From positions 10,912,001-10,976,000 of the forward strand of contig NC_059440.1 of the NCBI RefSeq assembly GCF_021028975.2: a DNA stretch of 64,000 bases, in the 5' to 3' direction. The notes below the pieces were generated by a model. That model searched no databases, was not told the DNA's origin, and worked only from the letters and a program-made list of their open reading frames with translations. This DNA is from Sphaerodactylus townsendi (taxonomy: Eukaryota). Below are positions 12,108 through 24,500 of the stretch, piece by piece; within the stretch, counting starts at the first letter, position 1; every line of letters starts with the position of its first letter. The position numbers were made by a program, and so were the translations under genes.

Positions 12108-13692
12108 CTAGGTCTGACCCATTGGGGGCGTACATTCCAGGCTGTTCTCTGATCCAGCAGAAGAATCGCGGGACGAACGGCCCTGCAGGAACCGGATGAT
12201 CTTCTCAATGGTGGCCTCTTGGTACTCGTGGGACCACCTGCAGGGCAAAAAAACAAGTCCAGTTGGGCAAGCAAGAAGGAACCTGGGCTGTGGTAGTTGG
12301 GCTGAAGGTGTCCCAAGCTCTAGGTCAGGGGTCTGCAACCTGCGGCTCTCCAGATGTTTATGAACTACAATTCCCAACAGCCTTTGTCAGCATGGCCAGG
12401 TGGCCATGCTGGCAGGGGCTGATGGGAATTGTAGTTCATGAACATCTGGAAAGCTGCAGGTTGCAGACCCCTGCTCTAGGTCATGGGTTCCCAATGTGGA
12501 GGCCATGGGTGTCATGGTGCTCCCACACCTTTTCTGGCGCCCACCAGGTTAGAATGCACCTGCCCCCAACAAAGAACATTCTCCCAGATACACTTTCCAT
12601 CTTTATGTGCACTGCAAAGAGGGTGTCCCCATCTTGTGGTGGCTTACATTGCCCCACAGCCTCCCTACCCCAAGACTACCAGTGTGGGAGGGTGTCCTCT
12701 GCCCACTCACTTGATGCCGTTGAATTTCAGGACGGCTCGCATGTCTGCAGGAAGCGTCTCGGGGTCAGGCCATTCAAAATGGTCTGTTACTGGGATGACG
12801 TTTTTTCCACAGCTCAGGGCTGTGGCAATTTCCTGTTGAAGAAATCAGATGTCATTTCCCCCTTCCTTTCTCTTTGGGACACACGAGAAACAGCTGCAAC
12901 TGCAGATAATGTCACAGGGAAGGCGCCCAGTTAGAATCATTCCAAGTTGGACTCCAACTTGGCACAGGATTTCTTCTCAGGAAGAAACGTTCCCTAGCCA
13001 AGGCTAGCCGGGGAGAGAATTTGAAGAAGAAGAGTTTGGATTTATACCCACTCTTTCTCTCTTGTAAGGAGACTCAAAGGGGTTTACAGACTCCTTTCCC
13101 TTCCCCCCTCACAACAAACACCCTGTGAGGTGGGTGGGGCTGAGAGATCTCTGAAGAACTGTGACTAGCCCAAGGTCACCCAGCTGGCGTGTGTTGGAGA
13201 GCACAAGCTCATCTAGTTCACCAGATATGCCTCCACAGCTCAAGTGGCAGAGCGGGGAATCCAACCCAGTTCTCCAGATTGGAGTGCACCTGCTCTTAAC
13301 CACTACACCACGCTGGCTCTCAACTGATACACTCTTGGAGGTGCCACGAGGAAGGAGGTGGCCAGTAGGAGTGGGCATTCAGCAAATTTGGAGGTTTTTT
13401 TCAGATGAAAAGCAATGAAAAGGAGAGGAATAAACAGATCCCTAAAAACGCCTTTTTAAAAAAAAGCCCTCTTTCCCGCCCTGCCTTATTTGCTGCTAGC
13501 AGGTGAACTATATACCCGGCCAGGCCAAGCCTAGCACCCTGCCTCCGAACTCTATGTGGACCGGGGTGTGCAGTGTGCCCTGGATCTCGCGGGCAGTAGA
13601 CAGCACAGGTTCAAGTTTAATAATCGAAATTTTTTTGGAGAAGCCCCATAAGCCAATGTCTTTCTGCAGTGCCGCTGCCAGCTTCTGTGTGT

Positions 13693-13728
<36 letters not shown>

Positions 13729-16700
13729 GTACAGCTGCATGACGCAAAAGCCTTTGCTCTTTTGCCACCCTGCCCTCTCTATGAGGGCGTGCTTGCCTTG
13801 TGCACCCAATCTTTGCACTCGGCGTCTTCCATACACTTGTCCAGGGAATGCGAGGAAAGGACCAGGATGAAGTTGCGCGCGCTCATGACGCTCTGAGTCA
13901 GCTTGTCCTCAAACTTCCCGGCCTCCAGTTTCTCTACATCCAGGAAGACGCTGAATCCGTGCAACTGGAGGTGGACTTTCAAGAGGCTGAGGAAGAGAGG
14001 AGGAGGAAGAAGAAGAGTTTGGATTTATATCCCCCCTTTCTCTCCTGCAGTAGACTCAAAGGGGCTGACAATCTCCTTGCCCTTCCCCCCTCACAACAAA
14101 CACCCTGTGAGGTAGGTGGGGCTGAGAGAGCTCCGAGAAGCTGTGACTAGCCCAGGGTCACCCAGCTGGCGTGTGTGGGAGTGTACAGGCTAATCTGAAT
14201 TCCCCAGATAAGCCTCCACAGCTCAGGCGGCAGAGCGGGGAATCAAACCCGGTTCCTCCAGATTAGATACACGAGCTCTTAACCTCCTACGCCACTGGAG
14301 GAGTTTGGATTTATACCCCACCTTTCTTTCCTGTAAGGAGACTCGAGGTGACTGACAAGTTCATTCCCCTTCCTCTCCCCACAACAAACCTGTGTGCCGT
14401 GCTCACCAACCCTCTCACCTGGCCAGCTGGGATCCCGTCATTCTTCGGTAGCTGATGAACACATCCGTTCCCTCCAAGGTGGATTTTGCATTGCTGCACG
14501 GCAAGGGGGAGTGGAGCATCTCTGGGGAGGAAAGGAGCAATTGAGGGTGACATGACTTGATTTGGCCCATAGCTGCTGACCAGTCAACTTGGGAAGGGTC
14601 CTCAAGTGTTTAAGAGGAACCCAGCGTGAACAGAAGGGGTGGGGAGCTAAGATGCCAGCACAGGCATCCCAGACATTCTGAAGCAAACTAGAGTTTGGGC
14701 TGCTCTGCTCCCGCCCATACTTTGGCCAAGCAGCTGCCGGGGTGGATGCGGGAGATTCTTGGCAGCATTTGCAGCTCCTATTTATTGCCGCCGGGCTTGA
14801 CTGCAGGAGACGAGCCCTGGAGACCTGTGAAAACATTGTCCCCTGCCTGTCCTCTGCCGATCCTCCCCGCTGCAGAGGATTCAAAAGGCAAGGCAAGAAT
14901 TCAGCAGAGCTTCGTAAAATGTGGACACAAATGGCTGCAGCACAGCAGAGCTAATCCCAAACATGCCTGTGAGCTTCAGCACAAAGAAAAGAGAGTCGTT
15001 TGTAGTTTCTAATCTAATAAAAAGAGTATTTATTAGCGAACTCCATTCTGGATAGAAAGGTAGATAGATGGGTTCACTATTCTATTCTAATCTAGCTGGA
15101 TGGGGATGGATGCACTCAGCATCCAACCTCTCTACGCACATGGTGCAGTAGAAGGTTTTAGAGCAAGAAGAAGAATGAGCCGGAAGGAAGTCCCTGAGAG
15201 TATCAGTCTAATATCAAAGGGATAGTACCAGCATGATAGAGTAAAGGTGGCAATCCCTGGCTTGCTAGTAAAAAACCCTCTGTGGTTGAGACAGGGAACG
15301 GTGTAAAAGTCCTTCACTTCCAACAAGGGGAAAGGTGGAAGCCGAAGCTGCGCTGATTGGCTAGCTCTGGCAATGTCACCGAGGAAACCTGTCCTGATTC
15401 CTCCTGCCCCTTGCATTTAACCGTTTGTGGGGGAAAGGTGATAAAGGAACGATGAATGTATGTTTGTGATGCTCTTAAGAAATTAAAGCTGGATAACCTG
15501 TCAAAAAGATGGGGGGTGGCTCAGCGATAGAGCTTCTTCTTTGGCATGCAGATCGGGCATGCGTTGCTGGGTGAAAGGACCAGGGCGTAGGTGATGTGAG
15601 ATAGCTCTGCCTGAGATCTTGGAGAGTTGCTGCCAATCTGAGCACACAATATTGACTTTGGGGGACCACGGGCCTGACTCAGCACAAGGGAGCTTCGTGT
15701 GTCATGGAGATTTAGGATTTCTGTGGGCTTATCCGCAAAGGAATCCTTTCAAAGATTGGTTGATACCAGAAGAAGCTGTGAGGTGAAGAAGAGTTGGATT
15801 TAGATCCCCCCCTTTCTCTCCTGTAAGGAGACTCAAAGGGACTCACAATCTCCTTTCCCTTCCCCCCTCACAACAAACACCCTGTGAGGCAGGTGGGACT
15901 GAGAGAGCTCCAAAGAACTGTGATTAGTCCAAGGTCACCCAACTGGCATGTGCTGGAGTGCCCAAGCTACTCTAGTTCACCAGATAAGCCTCCACAGCTC
16001 AAGTGGCAGAGCGGGGAATCGAACTCGGCTCTCCAGATTAGTGCTGATGTGAGGTGCTGAGGTGCGGCTTCCCGGGGTTTGTTTTAAGAGTGGGTCAAGG
16101 TGGACCTGGAGTCTTTTCCCTGTGGGTTGCTCAGGCAGGTCCTGGTGCTCAGAGGCGGAGCCAGGCAGCGGACTCCTCCCCCACCCACCCCGACTCACCA
16201 CGTGCTGCATTGAGGATACGGACCCGATGGAAACCAACGTCAACCTGGCAGTCTTCTTGCAGCTGCTGCTCAGTGACACGGTGGAGGAAGTTTCGGTCGA
16301 TGCCACAGGTCACCAGGTTGTAGGTGTACTGGCGAAACTTGGGGTCCACGCTGCCCAGCCAGTCAGCCAGGTTGCTCCGGTCGCAGGTGGAATAATTGGC
16401 GTGAGTCTTCAGTTCAGTCAGTTCCCGGGAAAACCTGGGGAGACAGAAGAACAGAAGAACGTAAGAAAGAGTCTGCTGGATCAGACCAAAGTCCATCTAG
16501 TCCAGCACTCTGCTACTCGCAGTGGCCCACCAGGTGCCTTTGGGAGCTCACGTGCAGGAGGTGAAAGCAATGGCCTTCTGCTGCTGCTGCTCCTGAGCAC
16601 CTGGTCTGCTACGGCATTTGCAATCTCAGATCAAGGAGGATCAAGATTGGTAGCCACAGATCAACTTCTTCTCCATAAATCCGTCCAAGCCCCTTTTAAA

Positions 16701-19700
16701 GATATCCAGGTTAGCGGCCATCACCACCTCCTGTGGCAGCATATTCCAAACACCAATCACATGTTGCATGAAGACAATACTTTGCCCTGTTTGGCATTTT
16801 GATCACAATTGCAATTTTTAAAGTTTGGACAGACCACTATAAAAAGCAGAAGCTCAGCCTTGTTAAGAAACTTTCAAGGTGGTTCCGTTGTCATGTATTT
16901 CAGTCCTTAAAGATGTTTCCTTTTTCCCCTCCTTGGAGCCCCTCAATCCATCCACAATTGCACCAGAACCCCCTCCCCCACAGTGGCATTTGGGTAACAC
17001 ACAAAAGGATTGGGGGGGGGGGCACGGGCTGGCCTAGCCTTACCGCTTGCGAGTAATGCTGGATTTCATGCCAAGGTCCGCCTGCAAGTCCTCCTCAGTC
17101 AGCCGCATCAACAGGTCGCCATCCACCTGATGCTCCTGCCGGTGGAAGAACGCTGCGTCATTTAATTCCTATTTCTGAAATGCTCATAGATTGAGGAAAC
17201 AGCAAGGGCTTGGAAGAGTGCATGGGCACTCAAATCGGGGTTGGCCAGAGATCCATACTGCGGCCCTCTGTCCTCCGCAGACTCCATCCCCACATCTCCC
17301 AGCCTGGATCTGGNNNNNNNNNNNNNNNNNNNNNNNNNNNNNNNNNNNNNNNNNNNNNNNNNNNNNNNNNNNNNNNNNNNNNNNNNNNNNNNNNNNNNNN
17401 NNNNNNNNNNNNNNNNNNNNNNNNNNNNNNNNNNNNNNNNNNNNNNNNNNNNNNNNNNNNNNNNNNNNNNNNNNNNNNNNNNNNNNNNNNNNNNNNNNNN
17501 NNNNNNNNNNNNNNNNNNNNNNNNNNNNNNNNNNNNNNNNNNNNNNNNNNNNNNNNNNNNNNNNNNNNNNNNNNNNNNNNNNNNNNNNNNNNNNNNNNNN
17601 NNNNNNNNNTTTATATCCCACCTTTCTCTCCTGCAAGGAGACTCAAGGTGGCTTACAAGCTCCTTTCCCTTCCAACAACAGACACCTTGCGAGGCAGGTG
17701 GGGCTGAGAGTTCTGAGAGAACTGTGACTAGCCCAAGGTCACCCAACAGGAATGTAGGAGTGCGAAAGCACATCTGGTTCACCAGATAAGCTTCCGCCCC
17801 TCAGGTGGAGGAGTGGGGAATCAAACCTGGTTCTCCAGATTAGAATCTACTTAATGCTCTTAACCACTACATCACGCTGTCTCTCATGGACATGGGAACC
17901 CCACCACCCCACTACCCCACAAGCCTCACCAAGAACTGTGGGCAGTACTTGACAAAGCCGACCTGCTGGAGCCACTTCTGCACTTCCAAGGGTTTCCAGT
18001 TGGGCACAGAGGGCAGAAGGCGCCGGGGCACCTCCTCCCCCATGGCCCGGAGGGCCTTCTTGGCCAAGGAGGAAGTGGTACCATTGGGGGAGTAGCAAAC
18101 AATCCTCTTCAGGCTCTGGATGGCCCCAATCTCTGTAAAAATCTAGGCAACAAAAGGGGGAAAGGTCTTAACCACTACACCATTCTGGCTCTCAGTCCAG
18201 GGGACTCGGTCCAGGTCTTTCCAGGTGCACCATCCAATTAGATCCCCGCTCCCTCCCATTTGAAGCATTACCTTGGTTTTGTTCTGCCGGGCTTTGATGG
18301 TCGCCTCAGCGCACAGGTAGAAGGCAGCCATGCATTGGGCTTCCAGGCGGGAGCTGTCCAGCAGGGGCACCAGGCGCTGCAAGTCGTCCGCCGTCCTTCC
18401 TTGGCTGTTGTCGCTGCTGCCCAGAAGGGTGCAGGCAAATTGCCCTGGGTCCAGGGTGGCGATGAAAGGCTCCACCAAAGCGAGAGTCCCCGACCGCTCC
18501 ACCTCCTTCTCGATCTCCTTGTTGGTGACCAGAACGGCGATGGCAAGGCAGGCGTAGAACCGGATCAGCTGGTCCTCGTTGGTGAAGGCCAGCGGGAAGA
18601 GCCACTCGGCAGCCCTCTTCTCGACCATCAGGCGCTGGTTGGCATGCCCGCCGTACATGGCGCAGTTGGCCAGGGCCGTGGCGCAGTGGCGCAGCACCAC
18701 AGGGTCGCTCCAGCGGCACCAGTAGAGGATGGCGTCAAGACCGCCGTCGGAGATCAGGTGGAAGCAGGTCTCCTCTGAGTGTTTGAACATGTGCTCCAGG
18801 ATGCCGGAGGTGCTCGGGGCCAAGAGGGGGCTGTCCCGCTCTTTGGAGAGGTTGAGGATCACCCCCAGACCGATCCGAGCAATTCGGTCCCTGGCAACAA
18901 AGGGAGGCATTACAATCTCATTGGAATTTTACAAATGGTTGTCACAAGTCAGTTATGAAAGGCTTAACCTTCTAATGCCGTGGTGGCGAACCTTTGGCAC
19001 TCCAGATGTTATGGACTACAATTCCCATCAGCCCCTTCCAGCATTGGCCATGCTGGAAGGGGCTGATGGGAATTGTGGTCCATAACATCTGGAGTGCCAA
19101 AGGTTCGCCACCACTGGTCTAATGTATTGTCGAAGGCTTTCACGGCCGGAATCACTGGGGTGCTGTGTGGTTTCCGGGCTGTATGGCCGTGTTCTAGCAG
19201 CCTTCTCTCCTGACGTTTCGCCTGCATCTGTGGCTGGCATCCTCTGAAGGTGAATGCAGGAGTGGGGGAACAAACCTGGCTTGCCAGGTAAGAGTCCACA
19301 GCTCAAGTGGAGGAGTGGGGAATCAAACCCGGTTCTCCAGATTAGAGTCTACCTGCTCTTAACCACTACATCATAATGGCTCTCTTTAAAAGATGTGCAG
19401 AAATGGTTTGTGAGCAGAGAGAAAGAGAGAAAGTCCCTTTACGTATCAATCGGAGCTTACATCAACCAGGTTATATGAANNNNNNNNNNNNNNNNNNNNN
19501 NNNNNNNNNNNNNNNNNNNNNNNNNNNNNNNNNNNNNNNNNNNNNNNNNNNNNNNNNNNNNNNNNNNNNNNNNNNNNNNNNNNNNNNNNNNNNNNNNNNN
19601 NNNNNNNNNNNNNNNNNNNNNNNNNNNNNNNNNNNNNNNNNNNNNNNNNNNNNNNNNNNNNNNNNNNNNNNNNNNNNNNNNNNNNNNNNNNNNNNNNNNN

Positions 19701-21459
19701 NNNNNNNNNNNNNNNNNNNNNNNNNNNNNNNNNNNNNNNNNNNNNNNNNNNNNNNNNNNNNNNNNNNNNCTTCCCTGAAGGGCTCAGGCCGGTGAACAAC
19801 AGAAGAAATACAAAAATTTGAACATATAAACACATTGAAATTTATCATAGTTAAAACAATAAAAACAAAAAAAACCAATAAAACAGGGTATTGCTACAAA
19901 ATGGGAACCATATATTAGCGGATGGTGACAAAACCCCACCCACCCCTATCGTGCCCACAAGAGGCCTAGATGTCATGGGGTTAAATGGTCAATCCGGCTG
20001 GCCAAATGTCCAGCGGCACAGATCCATTTTGAAAGGCCCTGTGGAAACTTAAGTCCCACAGGACCCTGGTCTCCCTAGGGCGTCTGTAAAAGCCCTTGTG
20101 GAGGCCAGCCGGATGACTTGTGGGCCAGAGACCTCCAATAGGTTCTTCTCCCTCTCTTCTTAGTCAGCTAGGGGGTTAGAGGCCATCTCTGCCTCTCAGC
20201 TTTGCTATCAATAATGTTGTTCCAGAATGAAAATTAATCAGTGAGCAGGACACTTTGCCGCGTGATTTGTACTCTGCCAACACCAAATGCTGGGAAGCAC
20301 CACAGGGGTTTTAAATGACAGCTGCCCTCAATGCCTTCTGCCCTCAACTAGATGGCCTAGACTAGACCAATGATGTCAGACCTCAGAAGCTAAGCAGGGT
20401 TGGCCTTGGGTAGCACCTGAATGGGAGACTTGGATGGGAGCAGTCACATGTAGACCAGACTCAGCTCCTGACAGGCACAAAGCTCGAGCCTGGGAAAGTG
20501 TCACAGATCTTGGACCGAAGAGGGCAGAGGCAGGAATTAGGGTTGCCAATCTCCAGGTGTGGACTGGCATTCTCCCAGAATTACAATCCGTCTCCAGACG
20601 ACAGCAGTTCCCACTGGAGAAAATGGGAGCTTCAGAGGGTCGACTGCATGGTGCACTATAGATTGTAGGTGAAATTCCTCTCCAGATTTTCCCCTCCAGA
20701 GCCCACTCCCCAACCATCTCAAATTATCCCCCAGCCTGGAGTTAGCAACCCTAGGGAGTAAGCCTGCCTCCCACCAGAGGGCGACTTTCAGACAGGCTCC
20801 CTTTTCTGGGAAGCTGGGGAGACAAACCTTCCCGGAAACCCCGTGTTCTTTCTTTGTTCAGCTGATGTTGGCATTGCTGTAAATTTGGCAGCTGAGCAGT
20901 AGCTGGTGCTGGGCTGCTGCCCAGTTCCCCCTCCCTGCGGCCAGATCCAGAGCAAGGCCCTGCTCTGTCTACGGCTGCAGGCCTGAGAAAGGAGACAACG
21001 GCCCTCGGGTGCTACCATATAGATATTTCATCGAGCCCAGACATGAGTTCGCACTGCCTTTATTGGTCTCAATATCCCAGAAACCGTTCCTCGCTGCTGC
21101 CTGTGAACAGGTCCGGCAGCAGCAGAAAAGAAAAACCTTCCTTAAAACCTGCAAAAACCTGGCCGGGTCAGACGCCAAGTCTCCCAGCTCCAGCGTTCTG
21201 CTTCCCACAAGTGCCCTGAAAGGTTTCACAAGCAAGGAGACAGAAGTCAAACACTTTTCATGCTGTTTTCCACAGCAACTTGCAGTCAGAGGCGGAGGTT
21301 CCTTTTAGCCTGGCACAGCTAATATCCTCTAATTAATCGCTTTGTCTTTGTCTAATCCCTCTGGAAAGACATTTAAGCCACCCACTGTCATATTTAGTGG
21401 CAGTAAGTACCTAACAACTCATCTCTGTACCGGTAAAGTTGCCAATCTCCAAGTAACAA

Positions 21460-21526
<67 letters not shown>

Positions 21527-24500
21527 ATTGCCAGTGTGGTATAGCGGTTAAGAGCAGGTGCGCTCTAATCTGGAAAACCAGGTTTGATTCCCTGCTCTGC
21601 TGCTTGAACTGTGGAGGCTTATCTGGGGAATCAGATTAGCCTGTGCACTCCAACACACACCAGCTGGGTGACCTTGGGCTAGTCACAGTTCTTTGGAGTT
21701 CTCTCAGCCCCACCCACCTCATAGGGCAGTGATGGCGAACCTTTTCGAGACCGAGTGCCCAAACTGCAACCCAAAACCCACTTATTTATCGCAAAGTGTC
21801 AACACAGCAATTTAACCTGAATACTGAGGTTTTAGTTTAGAAAAAATGGTTGGCTCAGAGGTGTGCGTTACTCGGGAGTAAGCTTGGTGGTAGTTGGTGG
21901 CTTTGCTTTGAAGCAACCCTGCAACTCTTCCAACGGGTGAATCACAACCCTAGGAGGGTTTACTCAGAATCAAGCCCCATTGCCAGCAACGGAGCTTACT
22001 CCCAGGTAAAGGATCACGTTTTAGTTCTTCGCATGGAAATCAGTGGGGTTTAACAGCGCTTAACAGGGTTACCTACACTGCTTCCCCAAACCTAGGTCTT
22101 AGGTTTAATGCTAATAATCGAGCCCAGTGGCCCAGGCCAGCCTAGATGTGTGTGTGTGGAGGGGGTGACTCTGTGCGTGCCCACAGAGTGGGATCTGAGT
22201 GCCACCTCCAGCACCCGTGCCATAGGTTCGCCGCCACTGTCATAGGGTGTTTGTTGTAGGAGGGGAGGGAAAGGAGATTGTAACCCCCTTTGAGTCTCCT
22301 TACAGAAGAGAAAGGGGGGATATGAATGCAAACTACTTCTTCTTCCCAACCTGGATTACTCCCCTGGTCCCCTGCCAGAGGCCAAGAGAACCTAGCAACC
22401 TTAGCCGTAATTCCTGTGCCTTCTGCCTTTGGAGCTGGTATCACTTGGCGTAACTAAGCCAGACGTTCCCGAGGGCAGAGATGAGCAACCGGCTTGCAGC
22501 TGCAGCGGCTGTGATACAGCCTGTTCCCGGAACTAAGTGAATCCTCCACCTGTCTCTTCAGTCCACCCGCTAAGGAGGAATGGGGGCGTGTGGTTTTCTT
22601 TTCTTCTTTTTAGGAGGCACACATCCTGGTGCTGGGAAGCAATCTGATGGATCAAAACACTCTCCAGGGTGAGGTTTTATCTCCATTAATCTGACTGTAA
22701 TGCATTCCCCCAATTAGCCTCCCTATCAGGCTCTTCAAAGTACACCTGGCCCACGGAAGGGGCCAAACCTCCCCCTCAGTAAAGTTGCACTGAGCGTGTC
22801 TCTCTCCCTGGCACACCCCGCAGTGGCCCACAGCTTGCCCTCTGGCTGGTCCCAAGGCCAGCTCCAGTAATTTTGCGGCTTAAGAGGCAAATGCATTTTG
22901 TGGTCTGAGGGACAGAACAGGCCAGGAGCCCCCAGAAAGGAGCGGCCCCTGTTTGCCCTCTTGTTCCCTGAGTCTGGGGAAAGGATGTGGTTTTCCCCTT
23001 CAAAGTGCACTCTGCTGCAGAGACAACTATGAAAGGGCCTGCAAGTCCCGTACAAAATCCAGAAGGGAAAATAAACGTCCAAAGAGTTTCCCGTTGCAAA
23101 ATTTCAGCGCCACATTTTCACAGGGAGAACAGACAGTGCATAGCATCAGAGGGCCGAGCCGAGCCGTGAGCCATTAGCAAACGCTCCTTGACCTCTCACG
23201 GGAATAAACCAGTGGTGGGATCCAAAAATTTTAGTAACAGGTTCCCATGGTGGTGGGATTCAAACTGTGGCATAGCGCCAATGGGGCTGGGTGGGGCACG
23301 ACGGGGGCGTGGCCGGGCATTCCGGGGCGGGGCATTCCTGGGTGGGGCTGTGGCAAGGACGCAGCCTCTGCGCTGGTCCTTGGGCGGGAAACGAATGCAC
23401 GCAGGCGCAGGCTGCCACGCACGCCAGTGCACCTCCTGCTAGACTGCTTCAAGTTCTGCGCGCTACTGCTGAGAGGAGGGGCGTAACTAAGGCAAAAACC
23501 ACATGGCAAAATCACCCATTAGTAACCCCCTCTCGGCACACGCAAATACTTAGTAACCTACTCTCAGGAACCTGTGAGAACCTGCTGGATCCCACCTCTG
23601 GAATAAACCACACCACAGTAGTAGTTTAACATTTAGCTCACAGGAAGCAGGTGGGGCTGGCGCAAGAAGTGAGCCTTGCTGAGGGGCGGGGAGTCATCCG
23701 AAGCAAAGGGTGGAAACTTCTCTTAGCAGAACCCTCTTTTCTGTGGGCAGTATCCATGCTGGGTCTCAGGGATACTTCTTCCTGAGCAATTCTCAAGCGA
23801 GAAGGCCAAACAGTCCCATATAACACAGTATCAGAGGCGGAGATACAAGGGGGCCGGGGGGTGCGCGTTGCACTGGGTGTCCGCCTGGTTGGGGCAGCAA
23901 ACATTTCACGTTTGTTTTTTGTATTTTTAGTGTTTTTACAGTTTTTGGCCTGCAGGGGGCACAGAGTTTAGGGTAGCAGCGCCAAAATTTCAGGGAGTTT
24001 TCGGGGGACTCTCCTGATGATACCACCCAGGTTTGGTGAGGTTTGGTTCAGGGGGCCCAAAGTTATGGACTCCCAAAGGGGGTGCCCCATCTCCCATTGT
24101 TTCCAATGGGAGAAAATAGGAGATGGGGGCTGCACCTTCGAGAGTCCATAACTTTGGACCCCCTGAACCAAACTTTGCCAAACCTGGCTGGTATAATCAG
24201 GATAGTCTCCTAAAGATACCCTGAAATTTCGATGCTGCTAGCCTAAAAACCGTGCCCCCTGCAGGCCAAAAACAGAAAAAACACTAAAAAAACAAGTGAA
24301 CATAGGGGAGGGCAGCAAAACTCAGATTTTGCACCGGGCTCCATTTTCCCTAGCTACGCCTTGGCACAGTATTCTCAGTAGAGTCCTGCATCCTAAGGAG
24401 ACCAGATGGGAGCATTTGCCGCCTCCAGGTTGGAAACTCCTAGAGAGTTGGGGGTTGATGTTGGAAAGGGCAAAGTTTCGAAAGGTGTCCATCCTCCAAA

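Noticed and set aside
12263-12934. 223-aa + strand ORF, and similar ones at 16062-16802, 18260-18778 and 26886-27359
   Set aside because: Antisense shadows of SARM1 exons joined to repeat sequence; no recognisable domain.
7306-19878. Long ORFs containing X runs
   Set aside because: Artefacts of translating N-gaps.
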